Below are positions 39,257-48,844 of a stretch of 61,848 nucleotides of DNA, piece after piece. The notes beneath the pieces were generated by a model. The model had not been told where the DNA came from, ran no database searches, and saw only the letters and a program-made list of their open reading frames with translations. Position 1 is the stretch's first letter; the number at the start of each line of letters is the position of its first letter. Where the stretch lies: the NCBI GenBank assembly GCA_963767115.1, contig CAVYCR010000003.1:175377-237224 (forward strand), written 5' to 3'. The translations under genes and the position numbers were made by a program. This stretch comes from Candidatus Kaiserbacteria bacterium. GTDB taxonomy: Bacteria > Patescibacteriota > Minisyncoccia > Phycocordibacterales > UBA2100.

Positions 39257-41143
39257 CTAGCTTTCGCGGATCACTTTCAGGAAAACGTCCTGGGGGATTT
39301 CAACCGAACCGGTGCCGCGCTCGAGCATCTTTTTCTTGCCGCGCTTCTGCTTGTCGAGGAGCTTGTTCTTGCGTGTGACGTCGCCGCCATAGAGGTATCC
39401 GGTCACGTCTTTGCGCATCGCTGAGAGGCGCCGGGATGCGATGATGCGGCCGTTGGCCTTCGCTTGGATCTTGAGCTCGAAGAGCTGGCGCGGCAGGAGC
39501 TTTTCCAATTTCTCAACCATCGTTTCCGCTTCTTGCTGGATGCGCCGGTGCGAGACGATGCGGGCAAAGGCTGGTACCGGCTCTTCCGCTACAAGCACGT
39601 CGAGGCGCACGACGTCAGCATCCTTGAGCTCCGTTATCTCGTAGGAGAGCGAGGCATAACCGCTCGAGACGCTCTTGAGCCTGTCAAAGAAACCACGCAT
39701 CAGCTCGCGCAGCGGCATCTCAGCCGAGATCTGCATCTTGCCGTCGGCAAGGGACTCGGTCGCTCCGACGACTGCTTCGTGGTCATAGAGGAGCTGTGAT
39801 ATGCCGCCGATGTATTCAGGTGGAGTAATGAGCGCAACCTTGGTCCACAGCTCGCGCACGCGCTTGGCGGTACCATCATCTGGGAAACGCGCGGGAGCGT
39901 AAATCTCTTCGACTTCGTCATTGAGATACGTGACCTCATAGACAGTCGTCGGCATCGTCACGACAAGCTCCATGCCAAACTCGCGCTTCAAGCGCTCGAT
40001 AATGATCTCGAGATGGAGCATGCCCAAGAATCCGCAACGGAAACCTTTGCCCATCACGCCGGAGGATTCTTCTTCGTAGGAGAGCGACGAGTCAGAGAGC
40101 CGCAGGCGATCAAGCGATTGGCGCAAGACCGGCAGATCGTCTTGGGATTCGGGATAGACCGAGGCCCAAATGACGGGCGTCGGCGAAAGGTATCCGGAAA
40201 GCGCAGGTGCATTATTGCGCACTGAAGTAACCGTCTCGCCGACGCTTGCGATCCCAGGCTTTTTGATGCCGGTCACGATATAGCCGATCTCGCCTTCGTG
40301 TAATTCAGCGCACGGCTTCTCCTCGGGAGAGAGCACGCCGATCTCGAGAGCGGTGAAATCCGCACCGGCCTCGACGAAGCGTAGCGCGTCACCTTTCTTG
40401 ATCGTGCCGCCAAAGACGCGCATATAGACGATCACGCCGCGGTGGTCGGAATAGCCGAAGTCGAAGACGAGTGCTTGCACGCCTTTGCCGGCATCGCTCG
40501 GCGGCGGCACGAGCTCGACGATCGCGTTTAGGACCTCGGCGACACCTTCACCCGTCTTGCCTGAAGCACCGAAGATATCTGATTCGTCGCAACCGAGAAG
40601 TAGTGCAAGCTCGCTTTTGATATCGTCGACCCGTGCATGCGGCGCGTCGATCTTGGAGACGACGGGGATGATCACGAGCCCGAGCTCGCGCGCGATCCCG
40701 AGCACCGAGAGTGTCTGTGCCTCGACGCCTTGCGTCGCATCGACGAGCAAGAGCACGCCTTCGACCGCCGAGAGCGCACGTGAGACCTCATACGAAAAGT
40801 CGACATGCCCAGGCGTATCTATAAGATTCAATGTGTAGAGGCCCGGAATCGCCGCATTTTTTTCGCGCTTCCGCCTGTCGTTCGGGTCGCGAAAAAAACG
40901 CGACGCTTCCGGGCCGCCCCCGTCTGGATATTCCCATTGCATCCGTACTGGCTGCATCTTGATCGTGATGCCACGTTCACGCTCGAGGTCCATGCGATCG
41001 AGGACCTGCGCTTGCATGTGCCGCGGCTCGATCGTGCCGGTGAGCTCGAGCATGCGGTCAGCAAGGGTCGACTTGCCGTGGTCGATGTGCGCAATAATGC
41101 TGAAATTCCTGATGTTTTTCATAAGCCTGTCTCGTAGCGACAC
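39257..41143 (-). CDS. lepA: Translation elongation factor 4 (LepA) with an insertion in the G domain
   Basis: NFSIIAHIDHGKSTLADR, DTPGHVDF, NKID-type region and a LepA C-terminal domain. About 22-24 extra residues (GGGPEASRFFRDPNDRRKREKNAAIPG) sit before the DTPGH motif. Confidence 0.93.
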   Translation of the reverse strand: MSLRDRLMKNIRNFSIIAHIDHGKSTLADRMLELTGTIEPRHMQAQVLDRMDLERERGITIKMQPVRMQWEYPDGGGPEASRFFRDPNDRRKREKNAAIPGLYTLNLIDTPGHVDFSYEVSRALSAVEGVLLLVDATQGVEAQTLSVLGIARELGLVIIPVVSKIDAPHARVDDIKSELALLLGCDESDIFGASGKTGEGVAEVLNAIVELVPPPSDAGKGVQALVFDFGYSDHRGVIVYMRVFGGTIKKGDALRFVEAGADFTALEIGVLSPEEKPCAELHEGEIGYIVTGIKKPGIASVGETVTSVRNNAPALSGYLSPTPVIWASVYPESQDDLPVLRQSLDRLRLSDSSLSYEEESSGVMGKGFRCGFLGMLHLEIIIERLKREFGMELVVTMPTTVYEVTYLNDEVEEIYAPARFPDDGTAKRVRELWTKVALITPPEYIGGISQLLYDHEAVVGATESLADGKMQISAEMPLRELMRGFFDRLKSVSSGYASLSYEITELKDADVVRLDVLVAEEPVPAFARIVSHRRIQQEAETMVEKLEKLLPRQLFELKIQAKANGRIIASRRLSAMRKDVTGYLYGGDVTRKNKLLDKQKRGKKKMLERGTGSVEIPQDVFLKVIRES

Positions 41144-41180
41144 AGTCGCTTTACGGGATCAATCTAGCATTTTTATGGCC

Positions 41181-42866
41181 TTAAGACGAGACATCGTGCG
41201 GCTCGACCGCCACGTCTCCCGGCATATCTTTGAAGCGGCGGCGCAGCGACGTGATCGCCTCCGCAAGCTCAGGGTTCTTGAGGAGCCACAATATCGAGCC
41301 AGTCACGGCAAGACCGATCATCCCCGCGACCGCGCTTTGGAAAAATACCGCAACCGCGGTATCGATCTGCGCGTTGGTGCCCGAGACCGAGAGGAGTCCA
41401 TAGGTCACCGAGGCACCGATGACAGCTGCAGAAAAACTTTCAAACGATAGTCGTACAAGCCCTTTGCTCACTATCGCGAAATCGCGCATGAAGAAGATGG
41501 CCGTCACGATGAATTCCATGATCGAGCCAAGCGCGTACCCGAGGGCTAGCATCAAGACTGCAGTGCCCGGCACATCGTCGACGCGCAGGAGTGATTCGAT
41601 AAAATCACGGAAGAAGAGGTCTGTGTGGAAAAACCACAGGAGTGCGAGACCTGATCCGATGGAGACGAGTACATCGGCGCAACCGAAATAAAAGGGCTTT
41701 CTGGTATTGCCGCTCGCGTAGTAGACGCGATCCATTACGAGGATGAGTGATTGTGCGGCAAGCGAGAGGATGAAGAGCGCGAGCGAAGCAGCGGTGAGGC
41801 GCGTGTCGGTCCAGTCGAACTGCCCGGCCCCGAGAATGACGCGTACGATCTGCGCGCGCAGCACGATCATAAAGATGGTCGCGGGCACCGACCAGAAGAT
41901 AATGTGTCGCAAAGCCGCTTCGACATAGCCGAGGAATTCCTTCTGTGCGCCTTGCGCATGCAAGCGCGCGAGTGTCGGGAAAGCGGCAACCGAATACGAA
42001 ATGCCGATGATCGTGAGCGGCACCGACTGGAGGTTGTACGCGAAGGTAAAGATCGCGATCGATCCTGTTGCAAGCACGGAGGCCATCGCAGTGAGCGCAA
42101 GCAGGGCGATCTGGGTGGAAGCGAGCGCGAGCGTGCGCGGTACCGAGAGCATGAGCACTTCGCGCACTCCTTTGAGTAATTTCAAGAGCGGCATGCGCGC
42201 CTCGGTCTTCTCAGCAAGGAAAAAGGGCAGCTGCACACCCATATGCAAGAAGGCACCGAAGACCACGCCGAAGCCGAGACCCGCGATCCCCCACATCGGG
42301 TACAAGACCAGTGCGCCAAAGATTATGCCGAAGTTGTACAGAAGCGGCGAAACGGAATACAGTATAAACCGATGTCGAAGCTGCGTGAGCGAAGCGACAG
42401 TGTTCGACGCACCAAGAAATATCGGCTGCAAAAGCAAGATGCGCATCAAGAGAACGAGCTGTGCCCCAGAGGCACCATGCGCAAGCCCGGGAGCTATCAG
42501 TGGTGCCAGAAGCGGGGCCACTATATACACTGCCATCGCAACGATCGTCATGCCTGCAAAGAATACGAGCATGATCCCGCGCAAGAAAGCGATCATGAGG
42601 CCTTCTTTCTCTTCCTCAAACCGCGAGAGGATCGGCAGAAGCGCATAGAGAGAGAAGAGCGATGCGACTGTCGCGAAGAGAAAGTCCGGCACACGAAACG
42701 CCGCATAATAGAGGTCGAGCGTATGCCCTGCGCCGAAGCTCGCAGCGAGCAGGCGGTCGCGGATGATGCCGGTGAGTTGCGAGAGAAAAGAGAAAGCAGC
42801 GAGCAAATACGCCGCCTGGTGCATGCCGCGCGTCTCGCGCGAAAGGAATTTGAGCGGGCTGATCAT
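41181..42866 (-). CDS. murJ: Lipid II flippase MurJ (MviN family)
   Basis: 561 aa, about 14 TM. N-terminal ...IIRDRLLAASFGAGHTLDLYYAAFRVPDFLF is typical of MurJ. Confidence 0.88.
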   Translation of the reverse strand: MISPLKFLSRETRGMHQAAYLLAAFSFLSQLTGIIRDRLLAASFGAGHTLDLYYAAFRVPDFLFATVASLFSLYALLPILSRFEEEKEGLMIAFLRGIMLVFFAGMTIVAMAVYIVAPLLAPLIAPGLAHGASGAQLVLLMRILLLQPIFLGASNTVASLTQLRHRFILYSVSPLLYNFGIIFGALVLYPMWGIAGLGFGVVFGAFLHMGVQLPFFLAEKTEARMPLLKLLKGVREVLMLSVPRTLALASTQIALLALTAMASVLATGSIAIFTFAYNLQSVPLTIIGISYSVAAFPTLARLHAQGAQKEFLGYVEAALRHIIFWSVPATIFMIVLRAQIVRVILGAGQFDWTDTRLTAASLALFILSLAAQSLILVMDRVYYASGNTRKPFYFGCADVLVSIGSGLALLWFFHTDLFFRDFIESLLRVDDVPGTAVLMLALGYALGSIMEFIVTAIFFMRDFAIVSKGLVRLSFESFSAAVIGASVTYGLLSVSGTNAQIDTAVAVFFQSAVAGMIGLAVTGSILWLLKNPELAEAITSLRRRFKDMPGDVAVEPHDVSS

Positions 42867-42892
42867 AATTTTCGTTTACTGTATCATATTGC

Positions 42893-42918
42893 AAAAGAGC
42901 CCGATTAAGGGCTCTTTT
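42893..42918. terminator. Bidirectional hairpin between murJ and rnpB
   Basis: AAAAGAGCCC-GATTAA-GGGCTCTTTT. Confidence 0.7.
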
Positions 42919-42921
42919 GTG

Positions 42922-43256
42922 CCTACACCATAAGCCGGATTCTGTGCTGAATTTAATCAGGGCAGTCATATATCTGGGATCGTTGTTACCAACAACCTCA
43001 AGCGGCTCTCTTGTTACCACGCGTGGTTGCAACAAGCACGGCCTTGCACGCAAGTAGGAATTTTGCCGTTGCACCTCCATGTCGCCATGGAGTTCATCCG
43101 CCGAAGGCGGAGCTCTCGCCTCTCGGCTTGAGCGTTTCTGTTCGCATCCCTGGGATTACCCCGACGGGTGTTACCCGCTACCGTTCTCCACTTTTGTGGG
43201 CGTGTCCGGACTTTCCTCTCCTCGATCACTCTCGGAGCGACTGCTTGGCGCAGAAA
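42922..43256 (-). ncRNA. rnpB: RNase P RNA (bacterial type)
   Basis: The minus strand reads ...GAGGAGAGGAAAGUCCGGACACGCC... (universal GGAAAGUCCGG P4 strand) and, near the 3' end, ...CACAGAAUCCGGCUUAUGG... (the ACAGAAnCCGGCUUA P4/P1 strand). Length is ~335 nt. Ends are approximate. Confidence 0.85.
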
Positions 43257-43293
43257 ATTATTATACCAACATTGTCACAAACGTAAAGCGCCG

Positions 43294-43421
43294 GTAGCGC
43301 AGGGGTTCCGAAATGGTTTTCGGGGTCGGGATTTTCTTGCTAGCCAAGTAAATAATTTGGCCCTCTGTTTCGCGCCGCCGCGCTGCAAAGACCCCGAAAA
43401 CCATTTCGGAACCTGCGCTAC
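43294..43421 (-). repeat. Nested long-hairpin element, copy B (reverse orientation relative to copy A)
   Basis: Arms 43294-43327 and 43390-43421 pair at 32 positions with a GG bulge. 43363-43395 is the exact reverse complement of the 33-nt core at 26826-26858. CTAGCAAGAAAA is also shared. The right arm contains the stop codon of the DUF192 gene. Confidence 0.9.
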
Positions 43422-44035
43422 TGCGTCGCCTGGAAGGCGATCGAATCCCCGATTTTCCATCCGTGCTGCGCCGCATAATTCGCGGGTACTTCGAGCACAT
43501 AGCGCGCCGGCGAGGTCGGGACGAAGTTTTCGGGGTAGGTATCCGGCGAGACATTCTGCGCCATGTATACTATCTGTCCGCTCGCCGAGATCCAGATCAT
43601 GTCGATCGAGAAATGCATGTCTTTCATCCAGAAAGCTTCCTTGGAGTCGGTCTGAAAGACGAAGAGCATGCCCGTATCCCTCGGCAATCCGGAGCGATCG
43701 CCAAGCCCGAGCTGTTGCAAGTACGGTGTGTCGGCGATGAGTACGGTCAGTTGCTGCCCGTCGATGACAACAGTGCTTGTCTGATAGCTCGGTAGCTGTG
43801 TCTGCGAAGCCTGCTGATTTGAAGTTTGCGGTGATGGAGTGGCTGGTGTTGGTTCACCGCTCTGCACGACCGTCAATGACGACGGCGGTGTCTGAGAGTT
43901 TGAGCTTGGTGAATTGGATGGGCTGATGTCGTGCATATACCAGACATAGAAGCCTATCGATATAAGGGCACACAAGAGAACAATGCCGCCGCCAATGAGA
44001 TACCGTTTCGTACTGCTACCTGAAGATGACGACAT
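43418..44035 (-). CDS. DUF192-family protein with N-terminal membrane anchor
   Basis: GLGDRSGLPRDTGMLFVF...FWMKDMHFSIDMIWI...YVLEVPANYA matches the DUF192 (COG1430) pattern as I recall it. Confidence 0.7.
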   Translation of the reverse strand: MSSSSGSSTKRYLIGGGIVLLCALISIGFYVWYMHDISPSNSPSSNSQTPPSSLTVVQSGEPTPATPSPQTSNQQASQTQLPSYQTSTVVIDGQQLTVLIADTPYLQQLGLGDRSGLPRDTGMLFVFQTDSKEAFWMKDMHFSIDMIWISASGQIVYMAQNVSPDTYPENFVPTSPARYVLEVPANYAAQHGWKIGDSIAFQATQ

Positions 44036-44043
44036 GACGCCTA

Positions 44044-44601
44044 TTATTGCACAGGCATTGTGAAATGAATGCTCTGCTGGGTGTTTAGCAACTCGATAGT
44101 GACGGTGCCAACATCTGTCGCGTTTTCAAACTTGAGCGATTCGGGAATCGTCATAGAGGCGCCCGGCTGGAGCGAAATCGAATTACGGTCGAGGACGTCT
44201 TGCTCGCCGTTTTGCCAGAGCACGTAGACCTTGTATGGATATGAGGTCACGGCGGTCCCGTTATTGGTCACGACAAAAGAGAACGGCACGATCTCTCCGG
44301 TCGTTACCGACTTGGGGATAGCAAGCGGAGTGCCGAGCGTGATCTCGCCTGATGCTTCTGTGGTAGCGGGCTGTGCTTGCGTCGGAGTCGGTTGTACTTG
44401 CGCATCAAGCGACGTGCCAGAAGTATCGTTTATCGGCGCGGCAATGGAAACGGTGCTCGGGGCACCAGACGAGGGCGACGGCATAAGCGCCTCGAAGGAG
44501 GCACGATTGAAATACGCCACAAAAGGCGCCGCGATGATAAGCATGACAAAAACCGGCATGCGGATCGCGTCGACAAATTTCTGAAATTCGCTCGTCCCCA
44601 T
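44044..44601 (-). CDS. Membrane-anchored hypothetical protein
   Basis: Start set at ATG 44601 (MGTSEFQKFVDAIRMPVFVMLIIAAPFVAYF...). TM anchor plus a beta-rich C-terminal domain. Confidence 0.5.
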   Translation of the reverse strand: MGTSEFQKFVDAIRMPVFVMLIIAAPFVAYFNRASFEALMPSPSSGAPSTVSIAAPINDTSGTSLDAQVQPTPTQAQPATTEASGEITLGTPLAIPKSVTTGEIVPFSFVVTNNGTAVTSYPYKVYVLWQNGEQDVLDRNSISLQPGASMTIPESLKFENATDVGTVTIELLNTQQSIHFTMPVQ

Positions 44602-44715
44602 AACGCCAGCATCATACGCTTTTCCTGCTCGAAATCCAGCCGTCCGAGGTTTTGCCGCGCAGACATATAGTGATACTCTTGGCGGCAGTTTCGTACAATA
44701 AAATAGGAGCCTGCA

Positions 44716-45087
44716 ATGACAGGGTACATACGCGAAGTAGTGAGACGTGCACCCAACTACGAACTCATACTCATCCAGTGGCCGGCGGGCTCGATCACGC
44801 CAATCCATGACCACGGCGCTCTGAAGGGTGTCCGCATGGAAGGAGAAGTGATCATACTCGAGGGCGAGCTTGAAGAAACCTACTTCAACAAGGATGGAAA
44901 TCTCGTGACACGTATTCTGAGCGCCGACATGCGTGTGTCAATCAACGATGCCACGATACACGTGGTGAGAAATAGCGGTGAAAGAGACGCGCTCGCGGTA
45001 CACATCTTCCGTTACCCGGACAAGCAATTCGAGCGGCCAAACATGGAAGATTTCATGACCACTTTCGACGCATGGCCCTTCCCATGA
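44716..45087 (+). CDS. Cupin-domain protein (cysteine-dioxygenase-like fold)
   Basis: WPAGSITPIHDHG and IHVVRNSGE cupin motifs. Terminator GCGCGACGGCG...TTTTTTT follows at ~45102-45140. Confidence 0.6.
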   Translation: MTGYIREVVRRAPNYELILIQWPAGSITPIHDHGALKGVRMEGEVIILEGELEETYFNKDGNLVTRILSADMRVSINDATIHVVRNSGERDALAVHIFRYPDKQFERPNMEDFMTTFDAWPFP

Positions 45088-45206
45088 CAAACACTCTCGC
45101 AAGCACCGCCGTCGCGCCCTCAGGCGCGACGGCGATCTTTTTTTAATGTTTTATTCTGTGCCCTAAAATATAGTTATAGTATCTTCTGTGTTAGGATGCA
45201 CTATAT

Positions 45207-45824
45207 ATGTCATACGATAGCCTCGCGCCCAAAGAAACAATTACGAAGACAATTGCCTCACTCTCAGAGCGCGGGCACTTGCCTGAGCTCGTCGAGACAC
45301 GCACCGAAGCCCTCGCACGCATAAAAGAACTCATCCCCGCCGGCGCATCACTGATGAAGGGCTCGTCCCGCACTTTGGAAGAAATTGGCCTCGTTGAATA
45401 CCTCAAAGCTGGCACGCACGGCTGGAACAATCTTCAGGATGCCATCGTGGCCGAGAAGGATCCCGCAAAACAGACACTCCTTCGCAAGCAAGCCGCACTC
45501 TCAGACTTCTATATCGGCAGCGCGCATGCGGTCGCTGAGACCGGAGAGATCATTGTCGCTTCCGGCTCCGGGAGCCAGCTCCCGCACCTCGCCTTCACCT
45601 CGCAGAACCTCATCCTCGTGGTAGGAGCGCAGAAAATAACTCCCAACGAGGCCACGGCGATGGCGCGCCTCAAAGAGCACGTCTTCCCGCTGGAAGACGC
45701 TCGGATGAAAGAGGTCGGCATGGGCGGCAGCTCCCTCTCAAAAGTACTTACTATCTACAAAGAACCAGCATTCCTCGGGCGCAAATCTCACATCATCTTC
45801 GTGAACGAGAAGCTTGGGTTCTAG
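45207..45824 (+). CDS. LUD-domain protein (LutC/YkgG-like)
   Basis: GSAHAVAETGEIIVASGSGSQL...LILVVGAQKI fits the LUD/DUF162 pattern. Confidence 0.65.
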   Translation: MSYDSLAPKETITKTIASLSERGHLPELVETRTEALARIKELIPAGASLMKGSSRTLEEIGLVEYLKAGTHGWNNLQDAIVAEKDPAKQTLLRKQAALSDFYIGSAHAVAETGEIIVASGSGSQLPHLAFTSQNLILVVGAQKITPNEATAMARLKEHVFPLEDARMKEVGMGGSSLSKVLTIYKEPAFLGRKSHIIFVNEKLGF

Positions 45825-45862
45825 GTGAAATTTGATTCCTGTGCTCCGGTGTCAGACGATCC

Positions 45863-45875
45863 CGTGCCAGGCACG
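45863..45875. repeat. Palindrome CGTGCCAGGCACG flanking the second RAYT gene
   Basis: Perfect 6+1+6 palindrome, 68 nt beyond the 3' end of the RAYT gene. Confidence 0.8.
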
Positions 45876-45942
45876 CAGAAACAGGCGTTTCCATGTTGTA
45901 ATATACGTGTTGTTCTTTCCGTCTCAATACCTCTCCATCCGA

Positions 45943-46530
45943 TTACAATGATAGACTCTTCGTAAGTGCATTGCGCAACATCATGAGTTCTTCGGCAGGT
46001 TCAGGCGTATTAATCCACGCTTGGTAGTCCGCAGGCAAATCTACAGGCATTTCTGCAAGCAATGAGTCTTCTTGAAAGTTTCCGTTGATCCGACGATAGG
46101 CGCTTCCCCATCGCCATTCCTCCGGCCGCAAAGTAAGCTTTGCACGTACCGGGTTGCGCTCGATATACTTCAGGACCGTCAAGAAATATCTGTCGTTCTC
46201 GACAAGAAACGACTTGTAACGATCTTGGTATATATGTCCTTCGCCGATCGTATTTGTGCCTGCACGCACGCGATGCGCATGTGTGGAGCAGAGCCATTGC
46301 ATGGATCGAGATATATCTTTGTCGCGAAGCGGAAAGAGTTGCAGATGCCAATGGTTGGGCATCAGCACGTACGAAAGAATGCGCATATCGAAGAGTTCTT
46401 TCATCTCGATGAGCAACAACTCAAATTCTTTATACTCTTGTGCCGTATGGAAAAGCGTTATGCGACCATTTGCACGGTTGATGACGTGGTACACGCAATC
46501 GCCGATATCGATACGGGGACCCCTACCCAT
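45943..46530 (-). CDS. Second REP-associated tyrosine transposase (RAYT, Y1 HUH family)
   Basis: HUH motif VLMPNHWHLQLF and catalytic Tyr IYQDRYKSFLV. Start set at ATG 46530 (MGRGPRIDIG...). Confidence 0.85.
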   Translation of the reverse strand: MGRGPRIDIGDCVYHVINRANGRITLFHTAQEYKEFELLLIEMKELFDMRILSYVLMPNHWHLQLFPLRDKDISRSMQWLCSTHAHRVRAGTNTIGEGHIYQDRYKSFLVENDRYFLTVLKYIERNPVRAKLTLRPEEWRWGSAYRRINGNFQEDSLLAEMPVDLPADYQAWINTPEPAEELMMLRNALTKSLSL

Positions 46531-46566
46531 ATACTTTGCATTATGACATGGTTTTGGCGACTCCCG

Positions 46567-46579
46567 CGTGCCTGGCACG
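46567..46579. repeat. Palindrome CGTGCCTGGCACG, the partner of 45863-45875 with the central base inverted
   Basis: Same arms as 45863-45875, with central T instead of A, so opposite orientation. It lies 37 nt upstream of the RAYT start. Confidence 0.8.
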
Positions 46580-46647
46580 TTGATTCTGAGCCTTCGACAG
46601 CAAAGGTAAATTACCCTAATACATACAAAGTCTTTCCTTTGGCAATT

Positions 46648-47304
46648 TTATAAACTTCTCAGACGTGCAAGATCCGCAACAGAGAGTGGATCCTTATATA
46701 GCTCATTGACTAGCCATAAGCCACTTTCGCGAATCTTTTCTTTTGGCGAGTAGTTACCAAGCCAGCCTATCGACGATTGACACTCATCGCAACGTGAAAG
46801 CGTCGAGATTATCTTCGATTCTAGCGACAACCGTTCCTCCTTGGTGTCGACACGCACAAAAACAAAGCTGAAAGCTTCGCGCATGTAGGCACTTACCCGC
46901 TTCTCTATTTCGATCTGCTTAATCAAATCGACCAAATGCATATGCGCTTTTTTGGCAGCAGCAGACGTCAGATCCAACTCCCATACAGTGAGATAGGGAT
47001 CTTGTGCCTTGGTCAACAATGCGCGACCGATATTTTTGCGAAAGACGCTACGATCTTTATTTTCAAGGACAAAGTGTTGTCGTAGACGGGATGGTAATTG
47101 GCCCGCGCCGGTATGCGTGCCTACGCGCACGATTCGGTCGCTTGTCGTGATCTCGCTCAAGGAAATCTCATGCGCCGTCTCGCCCTCTTCAAACAAAAGG
47201 TAGATACCATCGGTCGGAATTTCTTTTCCATCAAACGGGAATCGGTATCTCTTCAATGAGCGTGCCCACTCATGTAGCTGATGGCAGTTATTTTGCGATT
47301 GCAT
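46648..47304 (-). CDS. GIY-YIG-like nuclease-domain protein
   Basis: DGIYLLFEEGE...RIVRVGTHTGAGQLPSRLRQHF resembles a GIY...Y/VG...R nuclease core. A C-terminal Cys pair (CDECQ) is present. Overlaps the upstream gene by 17 nt. Confidence 0.55.
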   Translation of the reverse strand: MQSQNNCHQLHEWARSLKRYRFPFDGKEIPTDGIYLLFEEGETAHEISLSEITTSDRIVRVGTHTGAGQLPSRLRQHFVLENKDRSVFRKNIGRALLTKAQDPYLTVWELDLTSAAAKKAHMHLVDLIKQIEIEKRVSAYMREAFSFVFVRVDTKEERLSLESKIISTLSRCDECQSSIGWLGNYSPKEKIRESGLWLVNELYKDPLSVADLARLRSL

Positions 47305-47704
47305 GTTTTAAAAAGGCGAGCTGTTCGCCGATACGAAAACCCTGCATTGGCACGGAGATATTTTTGAAATGGGGCGTCAGATACTTGCGATACCGCTCTC
47401 CCGCCAAAAACATTGCCTTGTCGTTTACGAAATCTACTTTATCCCTGAGTTGCTCCAACACCCCTGCGGCCCAGATCCGTACATCCTTGTCTGCCATCGT
47501 GTTAAGTGTCTGTTCGTAGGGTTCTATTGCATCATTCAAGCTCAAAAGACCGTACTTAGCTGACATGATGTAAATTACATCCGGCTTGAGTGATTTTGCA
47601 TACGCAAGATTCTTCTTAAACAGATCGCTAATATATAACTCCTCTGCTCGCGTCTTGTGGTTTCTCTTTTTACTGACGCAAGAGATAAAAACTACTTTTC
47701 TCAT
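47288..47704 (-). CDS. DUF6884-like protein (assignment from memory)
   Basis: MRKVVFISCVSKKRNHKTRAEELYISDLFKKNLAYAK...IYIMSAKYGLLSLNDAIEPYEQTL matches my recollection of the DUF6884 pattern (SC...K...A..LY.S.LF...YA....ILSAKHGL....IEPYD.TL). Start at ATG 47704 or 47713. Confidence 0.5.
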   Translation of the reverse strand: MRKVVFISCVSKKRNHKTRAEELYISDLFKKNLAYAKSLKPDVIYIMSAKYGLLSLNDAIEPYEQTLNTMADKDVRIWAAGVLEQLRDKVDFVNDKAMFLAGERYRKYLTPHFKNISVPMQGFRIGEQLAFLKHAIAK

Positions 47705-47991
47705 GGCGGGCATCCAACGTTTCGAACTTTGTACATCAAGCCCCACAAGGGTATTTTGGCGATAAATCCTCATCGAATCTGAGGTGTCAGCATAGGGATG
47801 CGCTATCAGCGAAATCCCCACAAATCCCAATTTTGAGCAATTTGTGTAGTAATAAGAAGGGTTAAAATAGTGAGCTTTATAGGGAATATATCGAAAAACA
47901 GGGAGATAGACTTATTTTCAAAATGCGGATTTTATTCAGGGCCTTTTTAGATATCTTTTACAATGCCTTCATTTTGTTCTAGCATCAAGGG

Positions 47992-48840
47992 ATGTCATCG
48001 CCTTACTCGGTTCACCTCTACCTACCCGATGGGTCGCCTGAGGGTGTTTTGTTGATGACGAAGGATAACTGGAACGGAACATTAGTCTCGTGCCCAAGAA
48101 GTCTCATAACGAACAGAAAAAGCCTTGCGGAATTTCATCGTCCCGGGATATACATTTTGCTCGGAGCAAAAGACGAGGTTGTCCAGCGTATCTACATCGG
48201 CGAAGGAGATCCGACTATTGATCGACTGATTGATCATAATGCAAAAAAGGATTTCTGGACGAAAGTCGTGTGCTGTACGACTACGATTGACCATGGATTA
48301 CATAAAGCAGAGATACAGTATCTTGAATCCCGATTATGCAAAATCGCGGACGATCTTAAGATCGCGGATTTACAGAATGGAAACACTCCGCAGCTCCCAA
48401 CGCTATCGGAACCCGAAATTGCGCGAGCGGAATCCTTCCTCGCCACCTTCCTGGAACTTGCCCCACTAATGGGTATCGATGCTTTCGAAAAGCCCCGTGT
48501 CGAGCCCACCGAAACAAATAGCTTGTTTATCAAAAACGGACGTGTATCTGCTGAGGGGTATGTAACTGCACAAGGATTCCTGGTAAAGAAAGGGTCTGAA
48601 GCAACGAAGACCGATACGCCCTCACTTCTATCATCGAGCAAAAAGTTACGGAATCACTTGATTGATCATAATGTTTTGATTGCAAAGGGAGAACAACTGG
48701 TTTTTTCACAAGATTATATGTTTCGAGCACCCTCTCCTGCCGCCGAGGTAGTGTTAGGGCGTAGCGAAAACGGACGTCGCGTATGGAAGGACAAAGACGG
48801 CAAAACACTCGCTGAATTACAGGGAGAAATGAAGCAGTAA
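47992..48840 (+). CDS. GIY-YIG nuclease domain fused to a DUF4357-like C-terminal domain
   Basis: N-terminal PGIYILLGAKDE...QRIYIGEGD...R. C-terminal ...YVTAQGFLVKKGSEA...FSQDYMFRAPSPAAEVVLGRSENGRRVWK matches the DUF4357 style as I recall it. Confidence 0.6.
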   Translation: MSSPYSVHLYLPDGSPEGVLLMTKDNWNGTLVSCPRSLITNRKSLAEFHRPGIYILLGAKDEVVQRIYIGEGDPTIDRLIDHNAKKDFWTKVVCCTTTIDHGLHKAEIQYLESRLCKIADDLKIADLQNGNTPQLPTLSEPEIARAESFLATFLELAPLMGIDAFEKPRVEPTETNSLFIKNGRVSAEGYVTAQGFLVKKGSEATKTDTPSLLSSSKKLRNHLIDHNVLIAKGEQLVFSQDYMFRAPSPAAEVVLGRSENGRRVWKDKDGKTLAELQGEMKQ

Positions 48841-48844
48841 AATT

